Below, piece after piece: positions 38,252-51,560 of a DNA stretch of 64,000 bases (positions within the stretch are counted from its first letter, which is position 1; each line of letters starts with the position of its first letter). The notes beneath the pieces were generated by a model. The model was not told where the DNA came from. It saw only the letters and a program-made list of their open reading frames with translations, and did not search any database. The translations under genes were made by a program, and so were the position numbers. The stretch comes from Malacoraja senta (taxonomy: Eukaryota), in NCBI GenBank assembly GCA_038087875.1, contig CM075990.1:8434001-8498000 (forward strand), written 5' to 3'.

Positions 38252-41200
38252 AACATAGAAACATAGAAACATAGAAAATAGGTACAGGAGTAGGCCATTC
38301 GGCCCTTCGAGCCTGCACCACCATTCAATATGATCATGGCTGATCATCCAACTCAGTATCCTGTACCTGCCTTCTCTCCATACCCCCTGATCCCTTTAGC
38401 CACAAGGGCCACATCTATCTCCCTCTTAAATATAGCCAATGAACTGGCCTCAACTACCTTCTGTGGCAGAGAATTCCACAGATTCACCACTCTCTGTGTA
38501 AAAAATGATTTTCTCATCTCGGTCCTAAAATACTTCCCCCTTATCCTTAAACTGTGACCCCTTGTTCTGGACTTCCCCAACATCGGGAATAATCTTCCTG
38601 CATCTAGCCTGTCCAACCCCTTAAGAATTTTGTAAGTTTCTATAAGATCCCCCCTCAATCTTCTAAATTCTAGTGAGTACAAGCTGAGTCTATCCAGTCT
38701 TTCTTCATATGAAAATCCTGCCATCCCAGGAATCAGTCTGGTGAACCTTCTCTGTACTCCCTCTATGGCAAGAATGTCTTTCCTCAGATTAGGAGACCAA
38801 AACTGTATGTGGTCTCACCAGGACCCTGTACATCTGCAGTAGAACCTCCCTGCTCTTATACTCAAATCCTTTTGCTATGAATGCTAACATACCATTCACT
38901 TTCTTCACTGCCTGCTGCACCTGCATGCTTACTTTCAATGACTGGTGTACCATGACACCCAGGTCTCGTTGCATCTCCCCTTTTCCTAATCGGCCACCAT
39001 TCAGATAATAGTTTACTTTCCTGTTTTTGCCACCAAAATGGATAACCTCACATTTATCCGCATTATACTGCATCTGACATGCATTTGCCCACTCACCCAA
39101 CCTATCCAAGTCACCTTGCAACCTCCTAGCATCCTCCTCACAGTTAACACTGCCCCTCAGTTGGAGATGTTGCATTCAATTCCCTCATCCAGATCATTAA
39201 TATATATTGTAAATAGCTGGGGTCCCAGCACTGAGCTTGCGGTACCCCACTAGTCACTGCCTGTCATTCTGAAAAGGACCTGTTTACTCCTACTCTTTGC
39301 TTCCTGTCTGCCAGCCAGTTCTCTATCCACATCAATACTGAACCCCAATACCGTGTGCTTTAAGTTTGCATACTAATCTCTTATGTGGGACCTTGTCGAA
39401 AGCCTTCTGAAAGTCCAGATATAACACATCCACTGGTTCTCCCTTATCCACTCTACTAGTTACATCCTCGAAAAATTCTATAAGATTCGTCAGACATGAT
39501 TTACCTTTCTGCTGACTTTGTCCAATGAATTCACCACTTTCCAAATGTGCTGCTATCCCATCTTTAATAACTGACTCTAGCATTTTCCCCACTACCGATG
39601 TTAGACTAACTGGTCTGTAATTCCCCGTTTTCTCTCTCCCTCCCTTTTTAAAAAGTGGGGTTACATTAGCTACCCTCCAGTCCTCAGGAACTACTCCAGA
39701 ATCTAAAGAGTTTTGAAAAATTATCACTAATGCATCCACTATTTCTGGGGCTACTTCCTTAAGTACTCTGTGATGCAACTTATCTGGCCCTGGGGATTTA
39801 TCGGCCTTTAATCCATTCAATTTACCTAACACCACTTCCCGGCTAACCTGGATTTCACTCAGTTCCTCCATCTCATTTGACCCCCGGTCCCCTGCTATTT
39901 CCGGCAGATTATTTATGTCTTCCTAAGTGAAGACAGAACCAAAGTAGTTATTCAATTGGTCTGCCATGTCCTTGTTCCCCATGATCAATTCGCCTGTTTC
40001 TTCATTTAAATCTTTTTATTTTAATTTCACGACAATTTACATACATACAATAATAACAGACAGTAACAGTCAAGGCATAATTGTACAACAGTATGTAAGC
40101 GATCCTCAAAACCCTTACCCTTACCCACCTTCAACCCACCCAAGTCAGGTCGGAGCCAAACGGGGACAAACAACACTCCCATACGTACACATCCACACAC
40201 AAATGGTAGAATAAACGAAAAAAAATGTGCTATATAAAAATAAAGAAAAAGAAAAATATATATATATATACATATATATCTAAATAAATAATTGTAGGGA
40301 GGGGGGGATTAAGGGGAAAGCAGCTGCTGTAGAACAAAACGATGATGGAGAACACTCAGTCCTCTTCCGAGTCCGGGGACAAGTTAAGAGAGTTAACCAG
40401 TTCAAAGAAAGGGTTCCATGTATCTAGGAATGTCTTGGTAGAGCCTTTGAGAGACAACCTAAGTTTTTCAAGTTTCAGATTGTAAAGCACCTCCTTAATC
40501 CAACGGGCGTGTGTCGGGGGACAGGTAAGCCTCCAACTAAGCAAGATCAGTCTCCGGGCTAACAAGGTTGTAAAAGCTAGGACCCGTTTCACCGCAACAG
40601 AGAGGTTGGTGTTGGGAGGGGTACCGAAAATGGCTGACATTGGATTTGGAAGAATAGTCTGGTCGTAAGGTCTACTTATCAATTCGAAAGCACTCCTCCA
40701 AAAGGCTGCTAGCTTAGGGCAAGACCAAAACATGTGGCTATGGTTGGTGGGAGATTGATTACATCTGTTGCAGGTGTCATTAACAGCTGGGTACATTCTA
40801 GCTAATCTTGCATTTGTGTAGTGGACTTTGTAAAGGACTTTGCATTGGATTAGGCCATGACGAGCACATTCGCCTGTTTCTGACTGGAAGGGACCTACAT
40901 TTGTTTGAATTAATCTTTTTCTCTTCACATATCTATAAAAACTTTTGCAGTCAGTTTATATGTTCTGCCAGTTTTCTTTCATAATCTATTTTCCCTTTCC
41001 TAATTAAGCCCTTTGTCCTCCTCTGCTGGACTCTGAATTTCTCCCAGTCCCCTGGTAGGCTGCTTTTTCTGGCTAATTTGTATGCTTCATCTTTTGGTTT
41101 GATACTATCCCTGATTTCCCTTGTTATCCACGGATGCACTACCTTCCCTGATTTAATCTTTTGCCAAACTGGGATGAACAATTGTTGTAGTTCATCCGTG

Positions 41201-41907
41201 CAGTCTTTAAATGCCTTCCATTGCATATCCACCGTCAACCCTTTAAGAATCATTTGCAAGTCTATCTTGGCCAATTCACGTTTCATACCCTCAAAGTTAC
41301 CTTTCTTTAAGTTCAGGACCCTTGTTTCTGAATTAACAATGTCACTCTCCATCCTAATGAAGAACTCAACCATATTATGGTCACTCTTGCCCAAGGGGCC
41401 ACGCACAACAAGACTGATAACTAGCCCTTCCTCGTTACTCAATACCCAGTCTAGAATAGCCTGCTCTCTCGTTGGTTCCTCTACATGTTGGTTTAGAAAA
41501 CTATGCCGCATACATTCCAAGAAATCCTCTTCCTCAGCACCCCTGCCAATTTGATTCACCCAATCTATATGTAGATTGAACTCACCCATTATAACTGTTT
41601 TACCTTTGTTGCACGCATTTCTAATTTCCTGTTTGCTGCCATCCCGAACTCCACTACTACTGTTAGGTGGCCTGTACACAACTCCCACTAGCGTTTTCTG
41701 CCCCTTAGTGTTTCGCAGCTCTACCCATATCGATTCCACATCCTCCAAGCGAATGTCCTTCCTTTCTATTGCGTTAATCTCCTCTCTAACCAGCAACGCT
41801 ACCCCACCTCCTTTTCCTTTCTGTCTATCCCTCCTGAATATTGAATATCCCTGGATGTTCAGCTCCCAGCCTTGGTCACCCTGAAGCCATGTCTCCGTGA
41901 TCCCAAC
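38252..41907 (-). mobile_element. CR1/HER1 LINE ORF2 (APE plus RT) and tail, interrupted by an L1
   Basis: ORFs 40951..41796 (VYRPP, KSDHNM), 39332..39871 (NYRPVSLTS, DFQKAFDKVPH), 38353..38724; (tttctatg)n tail. Confidence 0.95.
40002..40867 (-). mobile_element. L1-clade 5'-truncated insertion
   Basis: CNRC...HMFWSCPKL zinc finger to the ORF2 end; exact 14-bp TSD attcgcctgtttct (39988-40001, 40868-40881). Confidence 0.92.
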
Positions 41908-43111
41908 AAACCCGTGACGCAGCGGTAGAGTTGCTGCCTTACAGCGCTTGCAGCGCCAGAGACCCGGGTTCGATCCCGATTGCGGGTGCTGTCTGTACGA
42001 AGTTTGTACGTTCTCCCCGTGACCTGCGTGGGTTTTCTCCGAGATCAGCGCTCACAGTGGTGTCATTTCTCAGCTTATTTCCCCTGTAACATATTTTCAC
42101 CATATTCCCATCAACCAACCCCTAGGTTATATTATTCGCCTACACACTGGGGCAATTTGCAGTGGTCGATAAACCTGCCATATCTATGGGATGTGGGAGG
42201 AAACCAGAACAGCTGAAAAACCATATAGTGACCATATGAAACCCACATGGTCACAGGGAGAACTCCACACCGATAGCAACAGTGGCCAGGATTGAAGGTA
42301 GACCATTGGCACTGTGAGGCAGCATCTCTGTGCTATGGTTGCCTTGAAATGCTGGTTACATTGGACAATTTGCAATCCAACCAGGCCAACCATTGGGTGG
42401 AGGCTGGAGGTGGTGGGATTTCAAGGGTGGCTGGATGGCATGTGGTGAGTGAAAAATTTGGGGGACAATTGATAAATTAATCAAAATTAAATTAATCTTG
42501 TTAGTCACTTTTCCATTCATTATAGTTTATTTTAAAATATTAATTCAATCTGAATTATCTAATTTCCTTGTGAGGTGAACATATATCTCAACTGTTGAGG
42601 TTTAAGAATTTTAGAATGTGTATGCTACTCCGACATGTATTCTGTTCACATTGAGGTGGTCCAAATAATTCATTTGAATCTCTGATACAAGTACACTGCA
42701 GACTAATTCTATTATTGTAAGCACTTCTGCTGAAGCTGCTCTGCATTCTCTCGATGTCCATCAAGGACATGCATTAGTCTAAATTCAGCAGTACTTGGCT
42801 CCAATTGAGCACATATTTGAAAGAGTCCAATATGAAGTGGTTTCTCTGCCCCACACTCAATATAGGTAGAATCTTGCTTTCTACTCAGTTTTCCTTATGG
42901 GCACGTCAAAAGATATATGGTGCATTGTTGTTAAGGGCAACACAGTGCCACAGCAGGTAAAGCTGCCAGCATGTCTGCCAGAGACCTGCACAAGGAACTC
43001 ATGTGCCTGACTGGCTGAATTGCATGCATCCATCACTCCCTCTGAAGTGCGGTGCAAACTTAAAATATTTTCCAGGAAGAATGTAACCCACTGCCGATCA
43101 CATTAAATTCT

Positions 43112-43242
43112 AAAGTCTGAAGAAGGGTTTCGACCCGAAACGTTTCCTATTTCTTTCGCTCCATAAATGCTGCTGCACCCGCTGAGTTTCTCCAGCATTT
43201 TTGTGTACCTGGGATTTTCCAGCATCTGCAGTTTCTTCTTAA
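43112..43242 (+). mobile_element. Short pLTR/hammerhead insertion
   Basis: Starts aaagtctgaagaagggtttcgacccgaaacg; 12-bp TSD acattaaattct (43100-43111, 43243-43254). Confidence 0.85.
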
Positions 43243-43304
43243 ACATTAAATTCTGCAATATATATACATTAATGTTAAATATTTATCCTTGACACCCGGT
43301 CTAA

Positions 43305-43768
43305 AGGGGCTGTGTCACTGCGGCGACCTAATTGGCGAGTTTAGAAGAGTTTAGGAGAGTTTAAAAAATGTCATGTAGAAGATCTCCTTCGACCTCCTTC
43401 GACCTCCCTTCGACTATGTTGAAGACTATCTACGACTACCTTCTACTACCTTTGATTACCTTTGACTACCCTCGATTACCTACGACTAACATGCCGACCT
43501 TCTACGACCTACTTCGACTAAACCTACGAGTAAAAAAAGTATCGATTTTTTCCATGGCGACCATTTTTTTAAACTCGCGGGCATTTTTCAACATGTTGAA
43601 AAATACGCCGCGACCTAGCTGAGGCTTCGAGTACGCGGGGACTACTCTCGAGCATGAAGGAGAGTTACAAAGACCTCCTAGGACCTCGTGTCGACCATGC
43701 TGCGAGTATGAGTGGAGGGCAAACTCGTCTGAACTCGCGGATTAGGTCGCCGCAGTGGGACAGCCCCT
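43305..43768. mobile_element. Harbinger/PIF-like MITE (464 bp)
   Basis: TIRs AGGGGCTGTGTCACTGCGGCGACCTAAT / ATTAGGTCGCCGCAGTGGGACAGCCCCT; TAA TSD. Confidence 0.92.
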
Positions 43769-44392
43769 TAAGGTTACGGTTAATACTGCACATCTGAGGT
43801 CTTGTATTAGAAGGGTTACAGTTAACATTGATCCCCTTTGCACTCCAGTATTTCAAGTGTTACAGTTTATACTGGGTCTATTGATATAACTTAAAATAAA
43901 ATCTCTCTATTTTACTTTTTATTGTCAGTGTAATTAGTTTGTACTCATGATTTGTGATTATCAGTGATTTGCATCAGCAATATGATTTAACATTGAAATT
44001 TTAAGTTCGAACAAATTTCTCCATACTGTTTACAAATAGCAAGTCAAATCTATGCAGTTAAGGCTTCATGCTTTAATGAACTGCGATACTTAATAAACCC
44101 AGTTATTCTAACATTTACCGGGAGTGCTGTGCGAAATGGAACATTCCCAGAGAATATTGGCCACTTGTCGAGTGGATCAAGTAGTTAGGTATAACAAGCA
44201 TGCAAGTTGGGTTGACAATAGTCAGTACAAGTGTGACTATCGTTGAGTTTTATTGAGCTCCAGGGTTCTCTCTGCCCTATTGTCCCACTGTTTTCCTCAT
44301 ACAAAAACAGAGAATGCTGGAAATACTCAGATAGTCAGACAGCACCCATGGAGAAAGTAACGTTTTCAACGTTTCAGGTTTAATTTACTTTA

Positions 44393-44700
44393 GGTTAGTT
44401 TAGTTTAGAGATACAGCGTAAACAGGCCCTTCGGCCCACCAAGTCTGTGCCGACCAGCGATCCAAGCACATCAACACTATCCTATACAGACTAGGGACAA
44501 TTTACAATTAAACCAAGCCAATTAACCTGCAAACCTGTACGTCTTTGGAGTATGGGAGGAAACCGAAGAACTTGGCGAAAACCCACATGGTCATGTGGAG
44601 AACGTGCAAACTCCGTACAGACAGCACCCGTAGTCGGGATTGCACGTGGATCTCTGGCGCTGTAAGGCAGCAACTCTACCGCTGCGCCACCGAGCCACCG
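44393..44700 (-). mobile_element. HE1-like SINE, full length
   Basis: Complete head, body and (ctaaa)n tail on the - strand. Confidence 0.9.
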
Positions 44701-45265
44701 CCAAGACCCTTCATCACAACTGGAAAAGAGCGAAAAAAAACCATTGCCTTATATTTTAGTTCCCTAACCTTTGCACTCCTTGCAACATGCATTCTCCCCT
44801 CAGTGAGAGAGTATTGTGGAGGTCTCACTCAGCAAAACATGTCATCACATGAGGGAGATTCTGAGTAATCCCAGTGTTCTGCCGTTTTCAATCCAGCTGA
44901 ACAAGTGCTGTCCACATGTATTTATTTATTCATTCTGGATGTTACCAGCAAAGTTGACATTTATCACTGATCCCTAATTAACCTTGAGAAGATGCTGGTC
45001 AGATGAATGACATAGTTTCAATACCACCCAAAGGACTCCTGCAATAAATATTGGTGCGTTTGTACATGGAATCCAAAGCTAGACTTAAAACCTGCTTCCT
45101 TCATGATTTACAAATGTGTTACTGTTGACTAATGTGACAAGCTATTTTGGGAGGGGTTAGTTTAGCCTAGTTTGGTTTAGTTTAATGAAGTCATATAACA
45201 TGTAAACAGGACCTGCAGCCCTCTGAGTCCACATTGACCATCGATCACCAGCTCACACTATTTCA

Positions 45266-45678
45266 ATTGGCACTTCAACTCCCCCTCCCATTCCGTATCT
45301 GACCTCTCTGTCCTGGGTCTCCTCCATGGCCACAGCGAGCAACACCGTAAATTGGAGGAAATGCACCTCATATTCCGCTTGGGCAGTCTACATCCTGGTG
45401 GCCTGAACGTTGAATTCTCCCAATTCTGCTAGCCCTGGCTGTCCCCTCCCCTTCATCAGCCATCTGGTTGTCTCCTCCCCTCCCCCAGCCCTCGGGCTCC
45501 TCCTCCGCCTTTTCCTTTTTTCCTTTCTTCTCCCCACCCCCTATCAGTCTGAAGAAGGGTTTCGGCCCGAAACGTTACCTATTTCCTTCGCTCCATAGAT
45601 GCTGCTGCACCCGCTGAGTTTCTCCAGCATTTCTGTGTACCTTCGATTTTCCAGCATCTGCAGTTCCTTCTTTAACAC
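45266..45678 (+). mobile_element. Penelope-like pLTR copy with hammerhead-like core
   Basis: Closely similar to 2150-2518; cagtctgaagaagggtttcggcccgaaacgttacc at about 45545-45579. Confidence 0.9.
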
Positions 45679-46234
45679 ATATTTCAATTGGTATCCCATT
45701 TTCACACCTGCTCCCTGCATACAAGGGGCAATTTTACAGAGGCCAATGAACCAACAAATCCCGTGTCCTTGGGAGAAAACCAGAGGAAACTTACACGGTC
45801 ACAGGGAGAATGTGCAAACACCATACAGAATGCACCCAAAGTCGGGATTGAACCTGGGTCTCTGGTGCTGTTAAACAGCAACTCTGCCAGCTGCACCACT
45901 GTGCCGCATAGTCTAAAGGTTAGACCAATGTTCCTTCTGAGATTGCCTCTCTCGTGCCTTAATGACTCATTTACACACGTGATTTCTTAACCTCCATGAT
46001 TATTGTGACAATTGCAGTTAAAATTTAGAAAGAGTGGGAGGTGTTAATCTGAAAGTCAGCGTGGGAACATCAGGACTCAAAATACTGGAGTAATGCAACG
46101 GGTCAAAGCAGTATTTAGTTTAATTTAATTTAGTTAAGTTTAGAGAAACAGTGTGGAAACAGATCCTCCATGCTAGCATGCCTGTACACTAGTTCTACCC
46201 TACACAATAGGGACAATTTACACAAGCCAATTTG

Positions 46235-46530
46235 CACACTCATCTCCCTACTACCTTCAGGTAGAAGGTACAGGAGCCTGAAGACTGCAACGACCAGGTT
46301 CAGGAACAGCTACTTCCCCACAGCCATCAGGCTATTAAACCTGGCTCGGACATAACACTGAACTTTACTAGCCAATACTGTTATTTGCACTTTATCAGTA
46401 TATTGACCATTGTGTATATATTTATAGAATGCCTTGTAGTAAATGCCTACTATGTTCTGTTGTGCTCAAGCAAAGCAAGAATTTCATTGTCCTACCAGGG
46501 ACACATGACAATAAACTCACTTGACTTGAA
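46235..46530 (+). mobile_element. Rex1/Babar 3' fragment nested in an HE1 SINE
   Basis: LLPSGRRYRSLKTATTRFRNSYFPTAIRLLN*; aagccaatt on both flanks. Confidence 0.8.
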
Positions 46531-48273
46531 GCCAATTAACCTACAAACCTGCACATCTTTGGAACGTGGGAGGAAACCGATGCACCTGGAGAAAACCCAC
46601 GTGGTCACAGGATGAACGTGCAACCTCCGTATAGGCAGCACCCATAGTCAGGTTGGAACCTGGGTCACTGGCGCTGTGTTGCAGTTCTACCACTGTGCTG
46701 CCACAATTTGTGTCTTTTTTTGGAAACCAGCATCTGTAGTTCCTGAACAATATCGTTAGCAGCTGGGTAACAACGAAGATGGATTGACTCTGAGGAGAGG
46801 CTGTAATTATTCTGCCAAGGACGACATGATTCCCGAGTATTGTGGCCAAAGGGAGTCAGGCAGAGGAGGTTTTATAGCTCAGGAGGCTGAGACCACTCAA
46901 TCAATGCTAGACACTCTTTCAAGTAACTGTTCCTAACTTGATCCCTCATGATACCTAAACTTATTATGTAAAATATCTCTAAAGTAAAATTATCAACTTA
47001 GACTGAAATATTCAAAGATATTAATACCTATTGTGGCCTCCTCATTATAATGTCGTACTTGTAAATATGACAATAAACTCGAACTTGAATCACTCTCTGA
47101 ATGGTAGTGGAGGCAAGTATCCTCACAATCATACTGGCTGCTTGTTCTTGAAAATGTTATCTTCTCTATGACATTTATAACAGTGATTAATTTTGATTCA
47201 TTTTACACCTTCCATGATGTGTTTCAGCATTTCATACCATGAAATTCCACTTCAAATTATTCTCCCAATTAATGTAAATTTATATCTTCCATTAGTGATT
47301 TCTCTGCTAAAGGAAATTAGTCCACCCTATTTACCCCATCTCGCTACTTCAAAACTTTATGCACCTTAATTTAATGCTCCCTCAGCCTACTTTGTTCCAA
47401 AGGAAACATGCCTAGCTTACCTAATCTTTTCTCACAGCTAAAATTTTCCAGTCCAGAAACCATTCTCATAAATCTCCCATGCAACCTCTCCAGAGCAAAC
47501 ACATCCTTCTAGTAATGAGATGACCAGGACTGTGTGCAGTCCTCAAGCTGTGGTCTAACTGTTGCCGCACACATTTCCTGCATTACCTCCCTGCTCTTAT
47601 TTACTATGCCTTGGCTAATTAAAGACAGCTTCCAGGTGTTATATTTTTAACCATCTTATTGGCCTGTCCAGCTCATTTCAAAGATCTGTACGGCTCTGAA
47701 GAAGAATCTTTTCATCTAAAGTGTGGTTAGAATCATCCTCCTCTTCTCAGTCACCATCAAGCAGGAGGAGCAGAAGCCTGAAGTCCCACACAACCTGCTT
47801 CAGGAATAGCTACTGTCATAAGGTGATAATGAATAGGAGTAGAATTAGGCCATTCGGCCCATCAAGTCTACTCCACCATTCAAGCATGGCTGATCTATCT
47901 CTCCCTCCTAACCCCATTCTCTGCCTTCTCCCTATAACCTCTGACATCTGTACTAATCAAGAATCCCTCGAACTCTGCCTTAAATATATCTACTGACTTG
48001 TCCTCCACAGCCTTCTGTGGCAAAGAATTCTACAGATTCACCACCCTCTGACTAAAGAAATTTCTCCTCATCTCCTTCCGAAAAGAATGTCCTTTAATTC
48101 TGAGGCTATGACCTCTAGTCCTAGACTCTCCCACTAGTGGAAACATCCTCTCCACATCCACTCTATCCACGCCTTTCACTATTCTGTATGTTTCAATTAG
48201 GATTATTGTGGGGGGGGGGTTTGCATTGTTTTTTAGTATTTTAAGTGTAATTTATGTAAAATTAGGTTTTGAT

Positions 48274-48498
48274 GTAGGAAGGAACTGCAGATGCTGGTTT
48301 AAACCGAAGATGGACATAAAAAGCTGGAGTAACTCAGCGGGACAGATGGCATCTCTGGAGAAAAGGAATAGGTGATGTTTCAGGTTGACACTCTTTTTCA
48401 GACTTCTGAAGAAGGGTCTTGACCCGAAACGTCACCTATTCCTTTTCTCCAGAGATGCCATCTGACCCACTGAGTTACTCCAGCTTTTTGTGTATCTA
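48274..48498. mobile_element. Fold-back Penelope-derived element with intact + strand hammerhead core
   Basis: Inverted arms meet at about 48404; CTGAAGA-A-GGGTC-TT-GACCC-GAAA-C-GTC at 48406-48433. Confidence 0.85.
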
Positions 48499-48763
48499 TT
48501 TGTTTTTGTGTTTTGTCTGAGTTCATGTGCCTGTGATTCTGCTGCAAGGAAGAATTTTCATTGTGCCTGTGCCTCACCTTACTCGTACATATGACATCAA
48601 AATTAAACTTGACTCACACTCCCTGAATGTGTGATGGAGGCGAGTGTTTGGTTTACTTTAGCGATACAGCATGGAAACAGGCTCTACCCCTACCATCGAT
48701 CACTCATTCACCCATAGTTCTACATTATCCCACTTTTGCATCCACTTATTAGAGACCATGTAC

Positions 48764-49497
48764 AGTCAAGTCAAGTCGATTTTATTTCTATAGCACATTT
48801 AAAAACAACTCTCGTTGACCAAAGTGCTTTACATCAGTGCAGGTGCTAACGTGCTACATACAATGGTACATTGATCTAATAATACATACATAGATGCATC
48901 CACACAGCGCTCCCTCAGAGGACCTCAAAAAACACTTGTGAGTAGAAATAGGTTTTAAGTCTAGACTTAAAGGAGTCGATGGAGGGAGCAGTTCTGATGA
49001 GAAGAGGGATGCTGTTCCACAGTCTAGGTGCTGCAACCGCAAAAGCGCGGTCGCCCCTGAGCTTATACCTGGACCGCGGGATAGTCAGTAACCCCAAGTC
49101 GGCCGACCTGAAGGACCTGGAGGTAGAGTGGTGGGTTAGCAGATTTTTGATGTAGGTGGGGGCAAGCACATTAAGGGCTTTGTATACCTATAGGAGGAGC
49201 TTGAAGTTGATTCTGTACCGCACTGGGAGCCAGTGGAGAGAGGCCAGAATCGGGGTGATGTGGTCCCTTTTACGGGTGCCCGTCAGAAGTCTCGCTGCGG
49301 CGTTTTGGACCAATTGCAGGCGGGACAGGGATGATTGGCTGATGCCAGTGTATAGGAAGTTGCAGTAATCAAGGCGGGAGAAGATAAATGCCTGGATGAT
49401 CTTTTCAAGGTGGTCGGATTAGAGGAATGGTTTGATTTTAGCTATCGAGCGAAGCTGGAAGAAGCTAGCTTTTACCACAGCATTGACTTGTTTGACA
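48764..49497 (-). mobile_element. L2-clade LINE 3' fragment (second family)
   Basis: IIQAFIFSRLDYCN...LHWLPV...GDRAFAVAAPRLWNS..FKSRLKT; (ttgac)n tail. Confidence 0.9.
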
Positions 49498-49778
49498 GAG
49501 ACCGATTAACCTAGAAACCTGCACATCTTTGGGATGTGGGAAGAAACTGGAGCACCCTGAGGAAAGCCATGCAGTCACAGGGAAAATATGTAAACTCCGC
49601 GCAGACAGCATCCGAGGTCAGGATCGAACCCAGGTCTCTGGCGCAGTGAGGCACCAATTCTACCAGTTGCACCACCATGCCGCCCAAACCTTCTCCCAAC
49701 ATTTGAAAAATATCTAGACATGCAGTTGAATTGTTAATATGTCGGAAGCTGCAAACCAGGTGAGGGTAAATGGGAATA

Positions 49779-50222
49779 TGCTGGAGTAACTCAGGGGACA
49801 AGCAGCATCTCTGGAGAGAAGGGATGGGTAATGTTTCAGGTCGAGACCCTTCATCAGATGGAGAGTCAGGAGAGGGAAGTTAGATATATGGAGACATGTA
49901 CAAAGAGCATGTAAGGTGTGAAAAGGACAGATCAAAGCAGATGATGTTCAAGGAAATGTACAATGGTTCACAGTCGGATGAGGGGAAGGTGACAACAAGG
50001 CGTACGAACAGTAAAATTCATCAGGAGGACAGTGAAACTAGTAGGAGCACTGGGTTGGGAAGGGACGGAGAGAGAGGGAAAGCAAGGGTTACTTGGAAGT
50101 TGGAGAAATCAATATTTATACCGCTGGGTTGTAAGCGGCCCAAGCAAAATATGAGGTGCTGTTCCTCCGATTTGCATTTGGTCTTACTCTGACAATGGAG
50201 GAGGCCCAGGACAGAAAGGCCA
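49779..50222 (-). mobile_element. Penelope-like pLTR fragment
   Basis: LSVLGLLHCQ..EEQHLIFCLGRLQPSGINIDFSNF* plus hammerhead-like motif. Confidence 0.82.
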
Positions 50223-50381
50223 GTAGGGTTAGTTTGGAAAGATACTTGATGATTGGTGTTGATGTGGTTGGCCAAAGGACCTGTATCTATGCTGTATAAC
50301 TCTGTGACTCTATGACACTCTCATACAATTCATACTTGACTCCAGCATGAGCATCTGAGCACAGATGCTCATGCTGGAGTC

Positions 50382-51117
50382 AAGGGGAGATGCAGCGAGA
50401 CCTGGGTGTCATGGTACACCAGTCATTGAAAGTAGGCATGCAGGTGCAGCAGGCAGTGAAGAAAGCGAATGGTATATTAGCTTTCATAGCAAAAGGATTT
50501 GAGTATAGGAGCAGGGAGGTTCTACTGCAGTTGTACAGGGTCTTGGTGAGACCACACCTGGAGTATTGCGTACAGTTTTGTTCTCCAAATCTGAGGAAGG
50601 ACATTATAGCCATAGAGGGAGTGCAGAGAAGGTTCACCAGACTGATTCCTGGGACGTCAGGACTTTCATATGAAGAAAGACTGGATAGACTTGGCTTATG
50701 CTCGCTAGAATTTAGGAGATTGAGAGGGGATCTTATAGAAACGTACAAAATTCTTACGGGGTTGGACAGGCTAGATGCAGGAAGATTGTTCCCGATGTTG
50801 GGGAAGTCCAGGAGAAGGGGTCACAGCTTAAGGATAAGGGGGAAATCCTTTAAGACCGAGATGAGGAAAAACTTTTTCACACAGAGAGTGGTGAATCTCT
50901 GGAACTCTCTGCCACAGAGGGTAGTTGAGGCCAGTTCATTGGCTATATTTAAGAGGGAGTTAGATGTGGCCCTTGTGGCTAAGGGGAACAGGGGGTATGG
51001 AGAGAAGGTAGGTACGGGATACTGAGTTGGATGATCAGCCATGATCATATTGAATGGCGGTGCAGGCTCGAAGGGCCGAATGGCCTACTCCTGCACCTAT
51101 TTTCTATGTATCTATGT
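50382..51117 (+). mobile_element. CR1/HER1 5'-truncated copy with an open 211-aa ORF2 C-terminus
   Basis: RDLGV...LVRPHLEYC...GYGEKVGTGY* plus tail. Confidence 0.95.
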
Positions 51118-51128
51118 ATATTAGCCTA

Positions 51129-51560
51129 GACATCCAGAAATGACACAAATGTATTTAATCCCGTATCCCACGATATACAGGTCTTGATAACTCCACTGGT
51201 GTTTGCCGTTGTAATGGAGGTCACTTATCCATTAATCTCTTGAACAATAACTTTGACCCTATTGGGAGATTAGCAAGGCTGTGAGAGTGATTGAAAGACA
51301 GTTCCCCTTACACCATGGACTATAGCTGAATAGCTGAAGCTATTTCACAAAATCTGCTCACCTTGTTATTTACTCGGAATGATTAAGAGCTGCGCTGTTC
51401 CAATGAAAGTTCATCCAAACATAACATCCAGCCGGTATCTGGGCAATTCCAAATCCAGCATTAATAACAATGTGACAATGAGCTATACTCCTGCATTGGG
51501 TCTGAATGTTTAGGTGTGTGGGTGCCTCTGAAGAGGAGCATGTCCCGTCTAATGTGGCTT
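51129..51560 (+). repeat. About 430-bp diverged local duplication, copy 1
   Basis: Collinear with 53918-54373. Confidence 0.9.

Noticed and set aside
41078..41884. Plus-strand ORFs of 158 and 102 aa
   Set aside because: Antisense shadows of CR1 ORF2.
50390..51025. 211-aa ORF as a domesticated gene
   Set aside because: 5'-truncated CR1 copy with an intact tail; the open frame is explained by young age.
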